Shown: in pieces, positions 1 to 9,810 of the stretch
Numbering within the stretch: the first letter of the stretch is position 1
Layout: the number at the start of each line of letters is the position of its first letter
Assembly (NCBI GenBank): GCA_001799895.1
Contig: MGUI01000044.1
Coordinates: 55,483-119,482 of the forward strand
Length of the DNA stretch: 64,000 bases
Origin: Elusimicrobia bacterium GWD2_63_28
GTDB lineage: Bacteria > Elusimicrobiota > Elusimicrobia > Elusimicrobiales > UBA9959
Direction: 5' to 3'
The notes under the pieces: generated by a model
What the model was told of the DNA's origin: nothing
What the model saw: the letters and a program-made list of their open reading frames with translations, nothing else
Database searches by the model: none
Made by a program: the position numbers and the translations under genes

Positions 1-1
1 C

Positions 2-1606
2 GCGCAGGTGGAGATAGTGGCGCTCAACGCGCAGCTGCGCAAGGCCGCCCAGGAAAGCGCCGCCAGGGAATCCGCCTTCACCGGGGAGATGATAGCCGCG
101 AAGGCCGGTTTTGAAAAAGAAATTTCGGACAGGGTCAGGGAGGCCGTGCTGGCTCAGACCGGCGCGCTGGCGGAGGCACTGGACGAACTGAAGGCCGAGA
201 GGGCCTCGCTGGCGTCCGCGCTGGAAGGCAAAGAGAGCGAGATCACGGCCCTGAAAGCCGAGACCGAACTGGCCGAAAGGAATTTCGAGGCGAAACTGTT
301 CGCCGACTCTTCCGCGGCCGCGGAGGCCCGCAGGCTGGAGCTGGAAAAAGCCTACGCCGCCAGGCAGGCCGCCCTGGAAGAGGATTACCTGGCGCGCCGC
401 GCCACCCTGGAAGGCGAACTTTCCATGAAGAGCGGCCGTCTGGCGCAGGAGAACGCGGCCCTGAGGTCTTCCCTGGACAATATCAGCAGCGCCGCGGCGG
501 CCGCCAACGGCCGCGCCGCGGAACTCGCGGAGAAACTGCTGGCCGCCGAGAAAAACTTCCACGCCGAGAAGCTGGAGATGCAGAAGCTCTACGTGAAGGA
601 GCTGGACTTCTCCATAAATTCCGCCGTCGGGGCCGCGCTGGAGACTTCCGCCGAGAAGCTGCGGCGCACGCAGGAAGAGCTTGAGAAAAACAGGGCGAGC
701 GCAAACGAAATTTCCCAGCGGCTGCTGGCCGCGGAGAAAGCCGCCCAGGCCGAGAAGCTGGAGATGCAGAAGCAGCACGCCAGTGAGCTGGACTCCGCCG
801 TAAATGCCGCCGTGGCGGCCGCGCTGGAGACCCCGATCGAGAAACTGCGCCGCACCCAGGAAGAACTGGACAAAGCCAGGAAGAGCGCTGACGAGCTTTC
901 CCAGCGGCTGCTAGCCGCGGAGAAAGACTTCCAGGCAGAGCGGCTGGAGATGCAGAAGGAACAGGTCCGCGAATTCGAGACCTCCGTGTCCGGGGCGGTT
1001 AACGCCGCCGTGGAGATAGCCGAGCAGCGCCTGAAGCACGCCCAGGAAGAACTGGCCAAGGCGCAGAAAGAGGCGCGCGAAGAGGTGCGGCTGCTCGAGG
1101 AAACTTATAACGCCGAGAAGGACCGCCTGCTGGAAGAGATGGACCGCCGCGACCGCTACATAGAGGCGTCGGAGCAAAAGCTGCAGGAGCTGGAGCGCGA
1201 GATGTCGGAGTACCGCCAGAAGGCGTCCAGCGAACTGATGAAGCACATCTCCGACCAGGACGACCGATTCCGCCGCGCGGCGGGGGAGGAGAAGGCCCGC
1301 AGCGACGCCCGCCTGGCGCAGCTGGAGACCCTCCTCTCGGCCAAGGAAAAGCTGCTGTCGGAAAGGGAGAAGCAGTACAGGCAGAAGCAGCTGGAGCTCG
1401 ACAGCATGAACTCCGACTTCAACCTGCGCACCGACCAGTTTAACGAGGAGATCTTCGCGCAGAAGCGCGCGCTGGCCGACAAGGAAAAGGCGCTCAACGA
1501 CTTCCGCCTGAAGCTGGAGAAGGAATACTCCGTCAAAACGCTGGAGCTCGAGCAGATGAAGGGCGAACTGACCCGCGCCATCATGGACTACAGGAAGAAC
1601 AAGTAG
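2..1606 (+). CDS. Coiled-coil protein, probably 5'-truncated by the window edge, with three tandem 62-aa repeats
   Basis: The ORF is open from the first in-frame codon; the track start at 8 is a GTG. Composition is strongly Glu/Lys/Ala/Leu/Arg-rich and heptad-like throughout. An internal repeat LLAAEK..EKLEMQK..LRRTQEEL occurs three times. Confidence 0.6.
   Translation, partial: AQVEIVALNAQLRKAAQESAARESAFTGEMIAAKAGFEKEISDRVREAVLAQTGALAEALDELKAERASLASALEGKESEITALKAETELAERNFEAKLFADSSAAAEARRLELEKAYAARQAALEEDYLARRATLEGELSMKSGRLAQENAALRSSLDNISSAAAAANGRAAELAEKLLAAEKNFHAEKLEMQKLYVKELDFSINSAVGAALETSAEKLRRTQEELEKNRASANEISQRLLAAEKAAQAEKLEMQKQHASELDSAVNAAVAAALETPIEKLRRTQEELDKARKSADELSQRLLAAEKDFQAERLEMQKEQVREFETSVSGAVNAAVEIAEQRLKHAQEELAKAQKEAREEVRLLEETYNAEKDRLLEEMDRRDRYIEASEQKLQELEREMSEYRQKASSELMKHISDQDDRFRRAAGEEKARSDARLAQLETLLSAKEKLLSEREKQYRQKQLELDSMNSDFNLRTDQFNEEIFAQKRALADKEKALNDFRLKLEKEYSVKTLELEQMKGELTRAIMDYRKNK
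536..1093 (+). repeat. Three in-frame tandem coding repeats, period 186 bp (62 aa)
   Basis: Repeat units start at 536, 722 and 908, each beginning CTGCTGGCCGC / CTGCTAGCCGC. Units 1 and 2 share 43 of 62 residues by my hand alignment. Confidence 0.8.
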
Positions 1607-1619
1607 CAGGAGCACCCTT

Positions 1620-2318
1620 ATGGAAAAAGAAAGCGCGATACAATGCGTGCCGGTGGAGCTGATGGAGCGGCTGAAGGTTCTGGCCGCCAAACTCTGGGAC
1701 GACAAGAACCCGGCCTCGGTGCACCTCAACGCCATCCTCGAGGAGTTCGAGCCCGACGTCAAGTCCCTCGGCCACATCATAAAGGAATACGAGACGGACT
1801 ATTCCGGGCGGCTGTCCGCCAACCAGGGAGAGAGCTCGCGGAAAGAGGGGCGGTTTAAGAAGGAAATAGAGGACCTCAAAGCCAAGCTGGCGGGACAGGA
1901 GGCCGCGCGGGCGGAGGCGCTCAAGCGCCTGGAGGAATTCCGGGCGGTGCTCGGAGCGCGCGAGAGCGCGCTGGCCGAGCTGAAGATGAAATTTTCAGAG
2001 ACGGAAGGCGACCTTAACTCGAAATATGTGGCGAAGATGCAGGAGCTCTACGAGAAGGTGAACCGCAAGGAACTGGACATGCTCTCCCGCTGGGAGGAAA
2101 AGACCAAGGCGCTGGAGACGCGGTCCCAGGAGCTGGAAACCGAATACGCGGCCCGCAACCGCCAGCTGAGGCTGCGTGAGAAGACGCTGGAGGAGGATTT
2201 CAGCGCCCGCAAGGCGGAGCTGATAAGGACTTTTGACCGCATACGCGAGGGGCTGGAAGCCCGCGAGAAGGCCCTGGCCGCGCGCGAGGCGGAGCGGCCC
2301 GCCAAGGGCGGCTTATGA
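1620..2318 (+). CDS. Coiled-coil protein of unknown function
   Basis: An AGGAG RBS precedes the ATG. The C-terminal two thirds are charged and heptad-like (EIEDLKAKLAGQEAARAEALKRLEEF...). It lies 13 bp after the preceding gene. Confidence 0.55.
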   Translation: MEKESAIQCVPVELMERLKVLAAKLWDDKNPASVHLNAILEEFEPDVKSLGHIIKEYETDYSGRLSANQGESSRKEGRFKKEIEDLKAKLAGQEAARAEALKRLEEFRAVLGARESALAELKMKFSETEGDLNSKYVAKMQELYEKVNRKELDMLSRWEEKTKALETRSQELETEYAARNRQLRLREKTLEEDFSARKAELIRTFDRIREGLEAREKALAAREAERPAKGGL

Positions 2319-2896
2319 GCGACACTAAAGATCTGAAACTGCTGCTGGAGCGGCTGCGCAGCGAGGTGGGCCCGCTGCCGCCCGAGAGGCCTGAGGACAA
2401 CCTGGCGTCCCGGCCGGCCCTGCCCGAGGGAGAGGCGCCCAGGCGGGAAGGCCCGCACCGGCCCTACCGGTTGCAGGAGCCGAGGCCGGAGGAGCGGGAA
2501 AACCAGTCGAACCCGGCCTGGAGCGAGAACAAGGAAACCATGCTTTTCGGCATGCTGGCCTCGCTGATCGCTTCCCTGGGGGGGATACTGGCCGGTCTGG
2601 ATTACCTGGTGCTTATCGGAGCCGTGGTGTTCTCGCTCTTTTCGCTGGTCATGTTCCTGGCGCTGCTCAGGTTCAGCTTTTCGCCGCGCCGCAGGGGAGT
2701 TGATACGCAGGGGCTGGCCGAGCGGGTGGACGCGCTTTCAAAGCGCGTGGAACTGCTGAGCGCCAGGGCCGTTTCAGGTAGCGTTCCCCACCAGGCCGGA
2801 GCCGCGGGGCATGACAGGGAACTGGAACAGAAAGTGGAAGAGCTGCGGGTGCTGGTGAAAAGCCTGTCAAAGGCCGTTGGGAGCGGAAATAAATAA
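2315..2896 (+). CDS. Membrane-anchored coiled-coil protein (two predicted TM helices)
   Basis: ATGA start/stop overlap with the upstream gene. The hydrophobic stretch MLFGMLASLIASLGGILAGLDYLVLIGAVVFSLFSLVMFLALL is followed by a short coiled-coil tail. Confidence 0.55.
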   Translation: MSDTKDLKLLLERLRSEVGPLPPERPEDNLASRPALPEGEAPRREGPHRPYRLQEPRPEERENQSNPAWSENKETMLFGMLASLIASLGGILAGLDYLVLIGAVVFSLFSLVMFLALLRFSFSPRRRGVDTQGLAERVDALSKRVELLSARAVSGSVPHQAGAAGHDRELEQKVEELRVLVKSLSKAVGSGNK

Positions 2897-2929
2897 AAAA
2901 CGGTTATAGTAAATATATATAATTAGCCT

Positions 2930-3616
2930 ATGAAAACCATATCGATAGCGCTTTCCGCGGTACTCTTTTTCAATACGCTGCCGGTTTTCAGCCTTGAGGG
3001 GCCGGGGGAAGACAAAGAATATTTCATAGAGGCCGGGGACGTTATAAATATCAACGTTTTCCCCGCCCAGGAATTTTCGAAAGAAGTGACGGTGCAGCCC
3101 GACGGCAACATCGAGATCCCGCTGCTGGGCTCCATGAAGGCGCAGGGCATGAAGCCGGGCGAGCTGGAGAAGGTGCTGACGGCGAAGTTCTCGAAGTACG
3201 TCTCCAACCCTTCCATAACGCTGAACATCAGAAAATTCTCTTCCAGCAGGGTGGCGGCCATAGGGCAGGTTCTCAACCCCGGCTATTACGAGTACCGCGA
3301 GGGAATGCGCCTGCTGGACCTGCTGGCCCAGGCCGGCGGCCACCAGGATTACGCCCGCAACGCCAAGGTTCGCATTTTCCGCAAGGTAAAACTTGAGGGG
3401 GACAAGCTCAGCGAGCAGGTGATACAGGCCGACCTGGAGAAGGTGCTGGCCGGGGACATGGAGAAGAACGTGCTGCTGGCCAGCGGCGACATAATTTACA
3501 TCCCGCGCAAACCCTACTCGGCCGCGGCCAAGTGGATAACGGACAACGTTACCCCGTGGGCCACGCTCTTCATGTTCACGATCACCGCCGGTATCGTGGT
3601 GAACAACAACAGGTAA
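2930..3616 (+). CDS. Polysaccharide export protein, Wza/GumB-like (Poly_export + SLBB-type domains)
   Basis: Signal peptide present. The motif GDVININVF...VTVQPDGNIEIPLLGSMKAQGMKPGELEKVL...Y is typical of the Poly_export domain. The second half (GDIIYIP) is SLBB-like. An AT-rich promoter-like tract lies at 2881-2929. Confidence 0.8.
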   Translation: MKTISIALSAVLFFNTLPVFSLEGPGEDKEYFIEAGDVININVFPAQEFSKEVTVQPDGNIEIPLLGSMKAQGMKPGELEKVLTAKFSKYVSNPSITLNIRKFSSSRVAAIGQVLNPGYYEYREGMRLLDLLAQAGGHQDYARNAKVRIFRKVKLEGDKLSEQVIQADLEKVLAGDMEKNVLLASGDIIYIPRKPYSAAAKWITDNVTPWATLFMFTITAGIVVNNNR

Positions 3617-3618
3617 AT

Positions 3619-5475
3619 ATGGAATCCGAACTTACCCTTTACGATTACTGGCGGATAATAAACCGCCGCAAGTGGGTGGCCCTGCTGATCTTCGCCGTCA
3701 CCATTTTCTCCACCCTGTTCTACACCCGCCTGCAGCCCACGGTCTACCGCAGCCAGGCCCTGGTCAAGATAAAGCCCCCGGCCTCCTACAGCAAGATGCC
3801 GGGCGCGGACCTGATGGATTTCGACCCGTGGAGCGCGGTCGCCACCGAGCTCAAGGTCATCACGTCGCTGGAGATCTCCGAGCGCGCGGCCGCCCGCCTG
3901 GGCATGCCGTCGGGCGCCGCTTCGGCCGCGGAAGTGGCCGGATCCTACAAGGTGGAGCGCCTGCAGGAATCCAACCTGATAGCCCTTTCCGCCTTCAGCA
4001 ATTCCCCGGCCCGCGCCGCGGACATCGCCGCGGCGGTGATAGAAGCCTACCGGGATTTCGACCTGGAGCAGAAGAGCCTGCAGGCCAGGAAGACCCTGGA
4101 GGACATTTCCAGCCGCAAGGACGAGGTTGAGGATAACCTGCGCGCGCTGGAGCGGCAGAAGCAGAGTTTCGTGGAGCGCAATCCCAAGACGGGACTGGGC
4201 TCGGCGCTGGCCAACCAGCTGGCCGACCTGGAGATCCGCAAGAAGCAGCTGCTGGAAAAATACACGCCGAACCATCCCGACGTGCTGAACCTGGCCCAGC
4301 GCATTGAAGTGATAGAGGATAAGCTCGGAGAGATCCCGGCCCAGGAGGTGGCGCTGGCCCGCATCAGCCGGGAACTGCGCATGCAGGAGGACCTCTATAC
4401 CACGCTCAACAAGCAGCACGAGGAGGCCAAGCTGGGCGTCTCGTCCATGGTCTCTTTCGTAAGCGTGGTCAACCGGCCCGTGCCCGAGACCGCCCCGATC
4501 TCACCCAACCGCCCCCTCAATATGCTGGCCGGCTCCGTGCTGGGCATTTTCCTGGCCGTGGCCCTGGTTTTCCTGCTGGAGAACCTGGACGTTTCCATCT
4601 CCACCATCGAGGATATCGAGGGTTTCCTGAAACTGCCGGTGCTGGGGATCATCCCGCACATCCTCAGCGAAAAGCATTTGGATAACTGGCTGACGCAGGT
4701 GTTCCGGAAGGAGCGCTATACCGTGGACGCGTTCCGCAGCGTCCTGGTGGTCAACAGGCGCTACGCCTCCGGCGTGATAGAGTCCTACCACACGCTGCGC
4801 ACGAACATCATGTCGCAGCTCAACACCAAGGAGAGCGTCTCGCTGGTGTTCAGCTCCGCCGGCGCCGCCGAGGGCAAGACGCTGACCGCGGTGAATTTCG
4901 CCCTGGCCAGCGCCCACTCCGGCCTGAAGACGCTGCTGGTGGACGCCGACATGCGGCGCCCGGCGATAAACGAGATCTTCGGTACCCGCAAGGAGCCGGG
5001 CCTGAGCGACGTGCTGGCCGGCCGCGCGGACTGGCGCGACGCGGTGCTGGAGAGCGCGGACTTCATAATGGGCGGCCTGGATTACGACCAGATCATGCGC
5101 TTCCCCGGCATAGAGAATTTGAAGGTGCTTAATAGCGGCACGCAGCCCGACAACGTTATAGACATCCTGGACTCGGCCAACTGGCGGGAGCTGATGGACG
5201 ACTTCAAGAGCGAGTTCGACCTGATACTCTTCGACGCCCCGCCCGTGCTGCTGTTCGCGGACTCTTTGATGATAGCCAAGCACGCCTCGGACGGCGTGGT
5301 GCTGGTATACAAGGCCGGCAAGATAGCCCGCGGCGCCCTGCGGCGCGCCAAGGAACAGATAGGCGGGGTGAACGCCCGCATGATAGGCGTGGTGCTCAAC
5401 GGCGTGCGCGCCTCCGAGATGGGGCCCCAGTACGGCTACTATTACCACGATTACAAAAACTACTCCCGGCGCTAA
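3619..5475 (+). CDS. Polysaccharide co-polymerase / tyrosine autokinase (Wzc/EpsG-like BY-kinase)
   Basis: N-terminal Wzz-like TM region plus coiled coil. Walker A is GAAEGKT, Walker A' is LLVDADMRRP and Walker B is DLILFDAPP. The C-terminal tail is Tyr-rich (YGYYYHDYKNY). The ATG at 3619 was chosen over the ORF-track start at 3532, which overlaps the upstream gene. Confidence 0.85.
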   Translation: MESELTLYDYWRIINRRKWVALLIFAVTIFSTLFYTRLQPTVYRSQALVKIKPPASYSKMPGADLMDFDPWSAVATELKVITSLEISERAAARLGMPSGAASAAEVAGSYKVERLQESNLIALSAFSNSPARAADIAAAVIEAYRDFDLEQKSLQARKTLEDISSRKDEVEDNLRALERQKQSFVERNPKTGLGSALANQLADLEIRKKQLLEKYTPNHPDVLNLAQRIEVIEDKLGEIPAQEVALARISRELRMQEDLYTTLNKQHEEAKLGVSSMVSFVSVVNRPVPETAPISPNRPLNMLAGSVLGIFLAVALVFLLENLDVSISTIEDIEGFLKLPVLGIIPHILSEKHLDNWLTQVFRKERYTVDAFRSVLVVNRRYASGVIESYHTLRTNIMSQLNTKESVSLVFSSAGAAEGKTLTAVNFALASAHSGLKTLLVDADMRRPAINEIFGTRKEPGLSDVLAGRADWRDAVLESADFIMGGLDYDQIMRFPGIENLKVLNSGTQPDNVIDILDSANWRELMDDFKSEFDLILFDAPPVLLFADSLMIAKHASDGVVLVYKAGKIARGALRRAKEQIGGVNARMIGVVLNGVRASEMGPQYGYYYHDYKNYSRR

Positions 5476-5481
5476 AATTTC

Positions 5482-6864
5482 ATGCCGATAATAATAGTCC
5501 TCGTCGCGCTGGCGGCGGCCGGCTGGCTGGGCTTCATGGCCGCGGCCGGCGGGCAGTATTATATCCTGGTAGGGGGCAGCGTCCTGCTGGTGGCCCTGCT
5601 GGCCTTCTTCCGGCCTAAGCTCAGCCTGGCGCTGCTGGTCTTCTCAATGCTGCTGTCGCCGGAGTTAACCATGGGCACCCTCACGGCCCAGCGCGAACTG
5701 GTAATCCGTTACGACGACATACTGCTCATTATCATCTTCCTCTCCTGGTTCGCCCGCACGGCCATACAGAAGGACAGGCCCTTCATAACCTCTACTCCGG
5801 CGCAGATGCCGGTGCTGCTCTACACCGCGCTCTTCGTGATCTCCACCGCGTTCGGCGTCATGCGCGGCGACATTTCCTGGGCCTATTCCACGCTCTACGT
5901 CCTCAAATATATCGAGTATTTCCTGCTCTTCTTCATGGCGGCCAATATAGTGGAGTCCGAAGAGGACGTGAAATACTTCCTGCGCCTGGGGCTTATCGTC
6001 GCGGTGCTGGTAACGATCTACGCGTATTTCTATTATTACAGCGCGGGGATCGGTACCCGCGCCACCGCCCCGTTCGAAGCCGCCATCGGCAGGCCGGAGG
6101 AAGGGGAGCCGGCCTCGCTGGGCGGGTATTACCTGCTTGTCTTCGGGGTGTTCATGGCGATGCTCGTGGAGGGCGGGGGGCTCGGCCTTTGGCGGGTGCT
6201 GCTCCTGCTGGCTTTCATGTTCCCGGCCTTCCTGATAACTTTTTCCCGGGCGTCCTATATAGGCTTTATCTTCATGGTGCCGGCGCTGTTCCTGCTAACC
6301 CAAAAGCGGCGCATCCTGCTTGCCGGGATCTTCGCCGCCGGGCTTCTCGCGGTGTCGCTGATGCCGGTCTTGAAGCAGAAAGTCATGGACCGCATAACGA
6401 TGACCTACCGCGGGGCATACGCCACGGAAAACATCCGGACGGGCTTGGGCGGGACCGTGAGGCTTGAACTTTCCGCCGCTGAGCGGGTCTATTCGCTGAA
6501 GCGGGTCATCTTCGAAAAACTTCCAAAACACCCGCTGATCGGGTGGGGAGTCACCGGGGTGGGCCTGGGCGATACGCAGTATTCTCTGATCTTGGGAGAG
6601 GTGGGCCTGCTGGGCGCGGCGCTGTTCTGCTGGATGCTCTACCGCCTGCTCTTTACGGCCAAGGTTGTATGGAAGTCTTACCAGGATCCCTATATCCGGG
6701 CGCTGGCGCTGGGTTTCATTATAGCTACGGTGGGGCTACTTTTTCAGTCGCTCGGGGTCAACAGTTTTATTATCGTCCGCATCATGGAACCTTACTGGTT
6801 CATGGCCGCTATGCTTGGCGCGCTTTACCTTAAGCGCAGAAAAACGGAAGAGGCGGCCAGCTAA
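5482..6864 (+). CDS. O-antigen polymerase/ligase family (Wzy-like) polytopic membrane protein
   Basis: About 10-12 hydrophobic helices with a large loop, an overall Wzy_C-like architecture. It is positioned between the Wzc-like and flippase genes. Confidence 0.65.
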   Translation: MPIIIVLVALAAAGWLGFMAAAGGQYYILVGGSVLLVALLAFFRPKLSLALLVFSMLLSPELTMGTLTAQRELVIRYDDILLIIIFLSWFARTAIQKDRPFITSTPAQMPVLLYTALFVISTAFGVMRGDISWAYSTLYVLKYIEYFLLFFMAANIVESEEDVKYFLRLGLIVAVLVTIYAYFYYYSAGIGTRATAPFEAAIGRPEEGEPASLGGYYLLVFGVFMAMLVEGGGLGLWRVLLLLAFMFPAFLITFSRASYIGFIFMVPALFLLTQKRRILLAGIFAAGLLAVSLMPVLKQKVMDRITMTYRGAYATENIRTGLGGTVRLELSAAERVYSLKRVIFEKLPKHPLIGWGVTGVGLGDTQYSLILGEVGLLGAALFCWMLYRLLFTAKVVWKSYQDPYIRALALGFIIATVGLLFQSLGVNSFIIVRIMEPYWFMAAMLGALYLKRRKTEEAAS

Positions 6865-7027
6865 GCCGCCCAGCCCCGGTTTTTCAGGCGCCAGACCCAA
6901 ACGCGGAGTATTATCGCTTCAGACGTTCCGAGACACTCCCGGTAACTTTGGGCCTCGCCGTAATGCTAATGTCTGGATGCGAATTTCAGGGAGATGGGGG
7001 CGGCCCCGCACAGAAAAAGTATACGTG

Positions 7028-8587
7028 ATGAACACGGATAAAAAAATCGCAAGAAATACGCTGTATAATACGGCCGGGTATATATGGAGATCCCTCCTGA
7101 ATATATTGATAACGCCGTATATAGTGTTACGGCTTGGGAATGAGCAGTTCGGCATCTGGGCGCTTGTCTTCGCAGTGGTCGGATATTTTTACTTGATCGA
7201 TATGGGGATCGGCAGCGCCTATGCAAAATTTATCGCTGAATGTTATGCAAAAAATGAGCACAAGAAACTGAATGAAATAGTTGCTACCGGGCTGGTTTTT
7301 AATATAGCGGTTAGTTCTGTCGTTGTGCTGCTGACCGCGGTTTCCGGAAAATGGGTGATAGGGATATTAAAAATCCCGCAAGCGTATCACGGCGAGGCTG
7401 TTTTCGCGCTGCTTGGCGCTGTTGTGGTTTTTTCATTGTCGCAGGTATCCGGAGTGTTCAGCTCGGTCGTAATTGGACTGCAGCGAATGGATCTGGGCAA
7501 TAAAATATCAATCGCGGTGTCGATAGCTAATACGGCTGGAACGATTCTGGTTTTAGAGTCGGGTTTCGGGATACGAGGGCTTGTCGTTAATTTCGCGATA
7601 ACGGCGCTCCTTACGGGGCTAAGCAATCTCTACGCTACGGTTAAATTGCTTCCCTCCTTCAGTATTGGAGTCAGTGAAATTTCCTTTGAGACCTTTAAGA
7701 TGCTTTTTTCTTACGGGATAAAAATCCAGGCAAGTAATATTTCCAGCCTGATGAACTTGCAAACGCAAAAAGTCTTCCTGGGTTATTTTATGAATATGTC
7801 TGCCGTAACTTTTTATGAACTGGGAAGCAAGGTTTCCAATACGGCCAGGTCGCTGCCGATGCTGTTGTTCTCCGCCGTAACCCCGGCCTCTTCGGAACTA
7901 TATTCGCAATCGGATACGGGGCGGTTGAATAAATTATATTTAAAAGGCTCAAAATACCTTTATTCCATAACTATCCCGATGGCGGTATTTCTCTTTTTTG
8001 ACGCGGGCTTGATTATGACTTCGTGGATGGGGAAAGGATATGAATCTTCGACCCTGGTGATACAGTTCCTTGTAACAGGGTATTTTTTTAATTTATTGAC
8101 CGGCCTGGCAACATCTATGGCCCGGGGAACAGGGGACGTGGTTTATGAGATGAAGTCTTCTATACTAATATTGGCATTGAACATCCCGCTGAGTATTATC
8201 CTGATAAATAAAATTGGACTGATGGGCGCTCTAATAGCGGCATCTGGCACTATAATAATAGGTTCGATTTATTACATGATACTGTTCCATCGTCACGTAA
8301 TAAAGCTTCCTGTGGTTCCTTTTGTCACAGATATGAGCTTTAAACCGTTGATTTTCAGTATGATTTCATGCGGCGGGGTCTGGCTGCTCAATAAACTTAT
8401 CGGTGACAGTCTTGGCACCGGAAGAATTGGCGGCATAGTCGTTTTAACGGTTGATTGCCTGACGTTTGGCTTGATATATTGCTCATTGATCTTGAAAACT
8501 GACTACCTTGAGAAAGGCGACCTCCTGATGATTATGGAGCACCTGGGCATCTTGAACCGGAAGGTACAGGGCTCCAATTCGCATTAA
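7028..8587 (+). CDS. Polysaccharide flippase (Wzx/MOP superfamily)
   Basis: The N-terminus KIARNTLYNTAGYIWRSLLNILITPYIVLRLGNEQFGIWAL is typical of Wzx/RfbX-type flippases, and about 12-14 TM helices follow. The ATG at 7028 was chosen; the track ORF start at 6815 adds a non-membrane basic extension. The gene is markedly AT-richer than its flanks. Confidence 0.8.
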   Translation: MNTDKKIARNTLYNTAGYIWRSLLNILITPYIVLRLGNEQFGIWALVFAVVGYFYLIDMGIGSAYAKFIAECYAKNEHKKLNEIVATGLVFNIAVSSVVVLLTAVSGKWVIGILKIPQAYHGEAVFALLGAVVVFSLSQVSGVFSSVVIGLQRMDLGNKISIAVSIANTAGTILVLESGFGIRGLVVNFAITALLTGLSNLYATVKLLPSFSIGVSEISFETFKMLFSYGIKIQASNISSLMNLQTQKVFLGYFMNMSAVTFYELGSKVSNTARSLPMLLFSAVTPASSELYSQSDTGRLNKLYLKGSKYLYSITIPMAVFLFFDAGLIMTSWMGKGYESSTLVIQFLVTGYFFNLLTGLATSMARGTGDVVYEMKSSILILALNIPLSIILINKIGLMGALIAASGTIIIGSIYYMILFHRHVIKLPVVPFVTDMSFKPLIFSMISCGGVWLLNKLIGDSLGTGRIGGIVVLTVDCLTFGLIYCSLILKTDYLEKGDLLMIMEHLGILNRKVQGSNSH

Positions 8588-8620
8588 GGACAGAGCTGCG
8601 GGAAGATTCTGCAACTAAAA

Positions 8621-9769
8621 ATGAAAATTAATTTTAATTTCGTGCATTTCGCGCATACTGGCGGGATCCGTGTGCTGTTTGAGATAGCCAATGAATTGGT
8701 GCGGAGAGGGCACGAGGTTACTTTCACACACACCTGCAAGGACAGCGGCATAAACTGGTTCAAAGTAAACGTAAAACTCGTAAAAGTGTCCAACGCATAT
8801 TATTCTTTCCAGTACTTGTTGCACAGGCTGTTCCGCAAGGGGGCGGCCGCTCTTTCCAATAACCGGATTTCAAACCAGGTTCTGAACTATATTTATACGG
8901 ACAAGATCCTGCGCGGCGCCATGCCGGATTGCGATATAAACATTGTCTCCAATCGTTTAACTGTTTGGCCCACATTTAGAAGCAAAAAAGGCAGACCATT
9001 CTATTTAATGCTCGGCTATGATGCGTTTTTTGAGTCTGACCCTGAGGTAAAGGAACTGATAAATGATTTTTTTAAATTGCCGATAAACTTTGCGGCAAAT
9101 TCTATATGGCTTAGGGATAAAATTAAAGAAGACCATGGAATTACTTTGCCGATAATTAATCCGGGCATAGACCATAAAATGTTTTATCCCAGGAAAGCAA
9201 ATAGAAAATCCAATAAAAAACAGGTCCTTTGTTTTGGCAAGAAAGATGCGTGGAAAGGTTTTTGTGACGCCGTGGAGGCCATGAAAATTGTATTTAAGGA
9301 GCGCGGCGATGTCGAGTGGGTCGTATATGGCGCAGAGCCTCCTGCGCCACAGAACTCCGAGGCGCCTTATAGATTTGTAAAACCCGCAAATGATGAGGAG
9401 TTGGCGGGGTTGTATTCATCTTCGGATGTTCTTTTCCTGCCGTCATGGTACGAGAGTTTTCCTTTGCCGCCTATAGAGGCAATGGCGTGCGGGACTCCCG
9501 TGGTAACAACCAGATTTGGAACGGAAGATTACGCCTTTGACGGAAAAAATTGCCTGGTCGTGCCGCCAAGGGAGCCGGGAAAAATGGCAGAATCAATATT
9601 GAAATTGCTTGAAGATCGGGATTTGGCTGATAAGTTCCGAAAAAATGGTTTAAAGACCGCAGAGAAATTTACCTGGAAAAACACTGTTGATGCTTTAGAG
9701 AAACGCTTTTTTGAAAGTTTGCCTGCAGACGGCAAGGGTTCTGATGAAGCGGCGCCAGGCAATCAATAA
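8621..9769 (+). CDS. Glycosyltransferase family 4 (GT-B, retaining)
   Basis: C-terminal donor-binding motif SWYESFPLPPIEAMACGTPVVTT (E-x7-E type). Confidence 0.8.
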   Translation: MKINFNFVHFAHTGGIRVLFEIANELVRRGHEVTFTHTCKDSGINWFKVNVKLVKVSNAYYSFQYLLHRLFRKGAAALSNNRISNQVLNYIYTDKILRGAMPDCDINIVSNRLTVWPTFRSKKGRPFYLMLGYDAFFESDPEVKELINDFFKLPINFAANSIWLRDKIKEDHGITLPIINPGIDHKMFYPRKANRKSNKKQVLCFGKKDAWKGFCDAVEAMKIVFKERGDVEWVVYGAEPPAPQNSEAPYRFVKPANDEELAGLYSSSDVLFLPSWYESFPLPPIEAMACGTPVVTTRFGTEDYAFDGKNCLVVPPREPGKMAESILKLLEDRDLADKFRKNGLKTAEKFTWKNTVDALEKRFFESLPADGKGSDEAAPGNQ

Positions 9770-9810
9770 TTCTGGTTTGGAAAGCCACTGCGCCCCGGAT
9801 GGAAGGAATC

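Noticed and set aside
536-1093. Tandem 186-bp repeats as a possible CRISPR-like or satellite array
   Set aside because: The period is a multiple of three and the repeats are in frame within a long coiled-coil ORF. They diverge mostly at the protein-tolerated level, and there is no spacer/repeat alternation.
3532-3618. Longer N-terminal extensions offered by the ORF track (also 6815-7027, 15072-15227, 21952-22011, 28788-28943, 29573-29632, 51908-51988, 58414-58479)
   Set aside because: The extensions overlap upstream genes or encode basic, low-complexity sequence. The internal ATGs give canonical family N-termini, signal peptides, RBS spacing or ATGA-type coupling.
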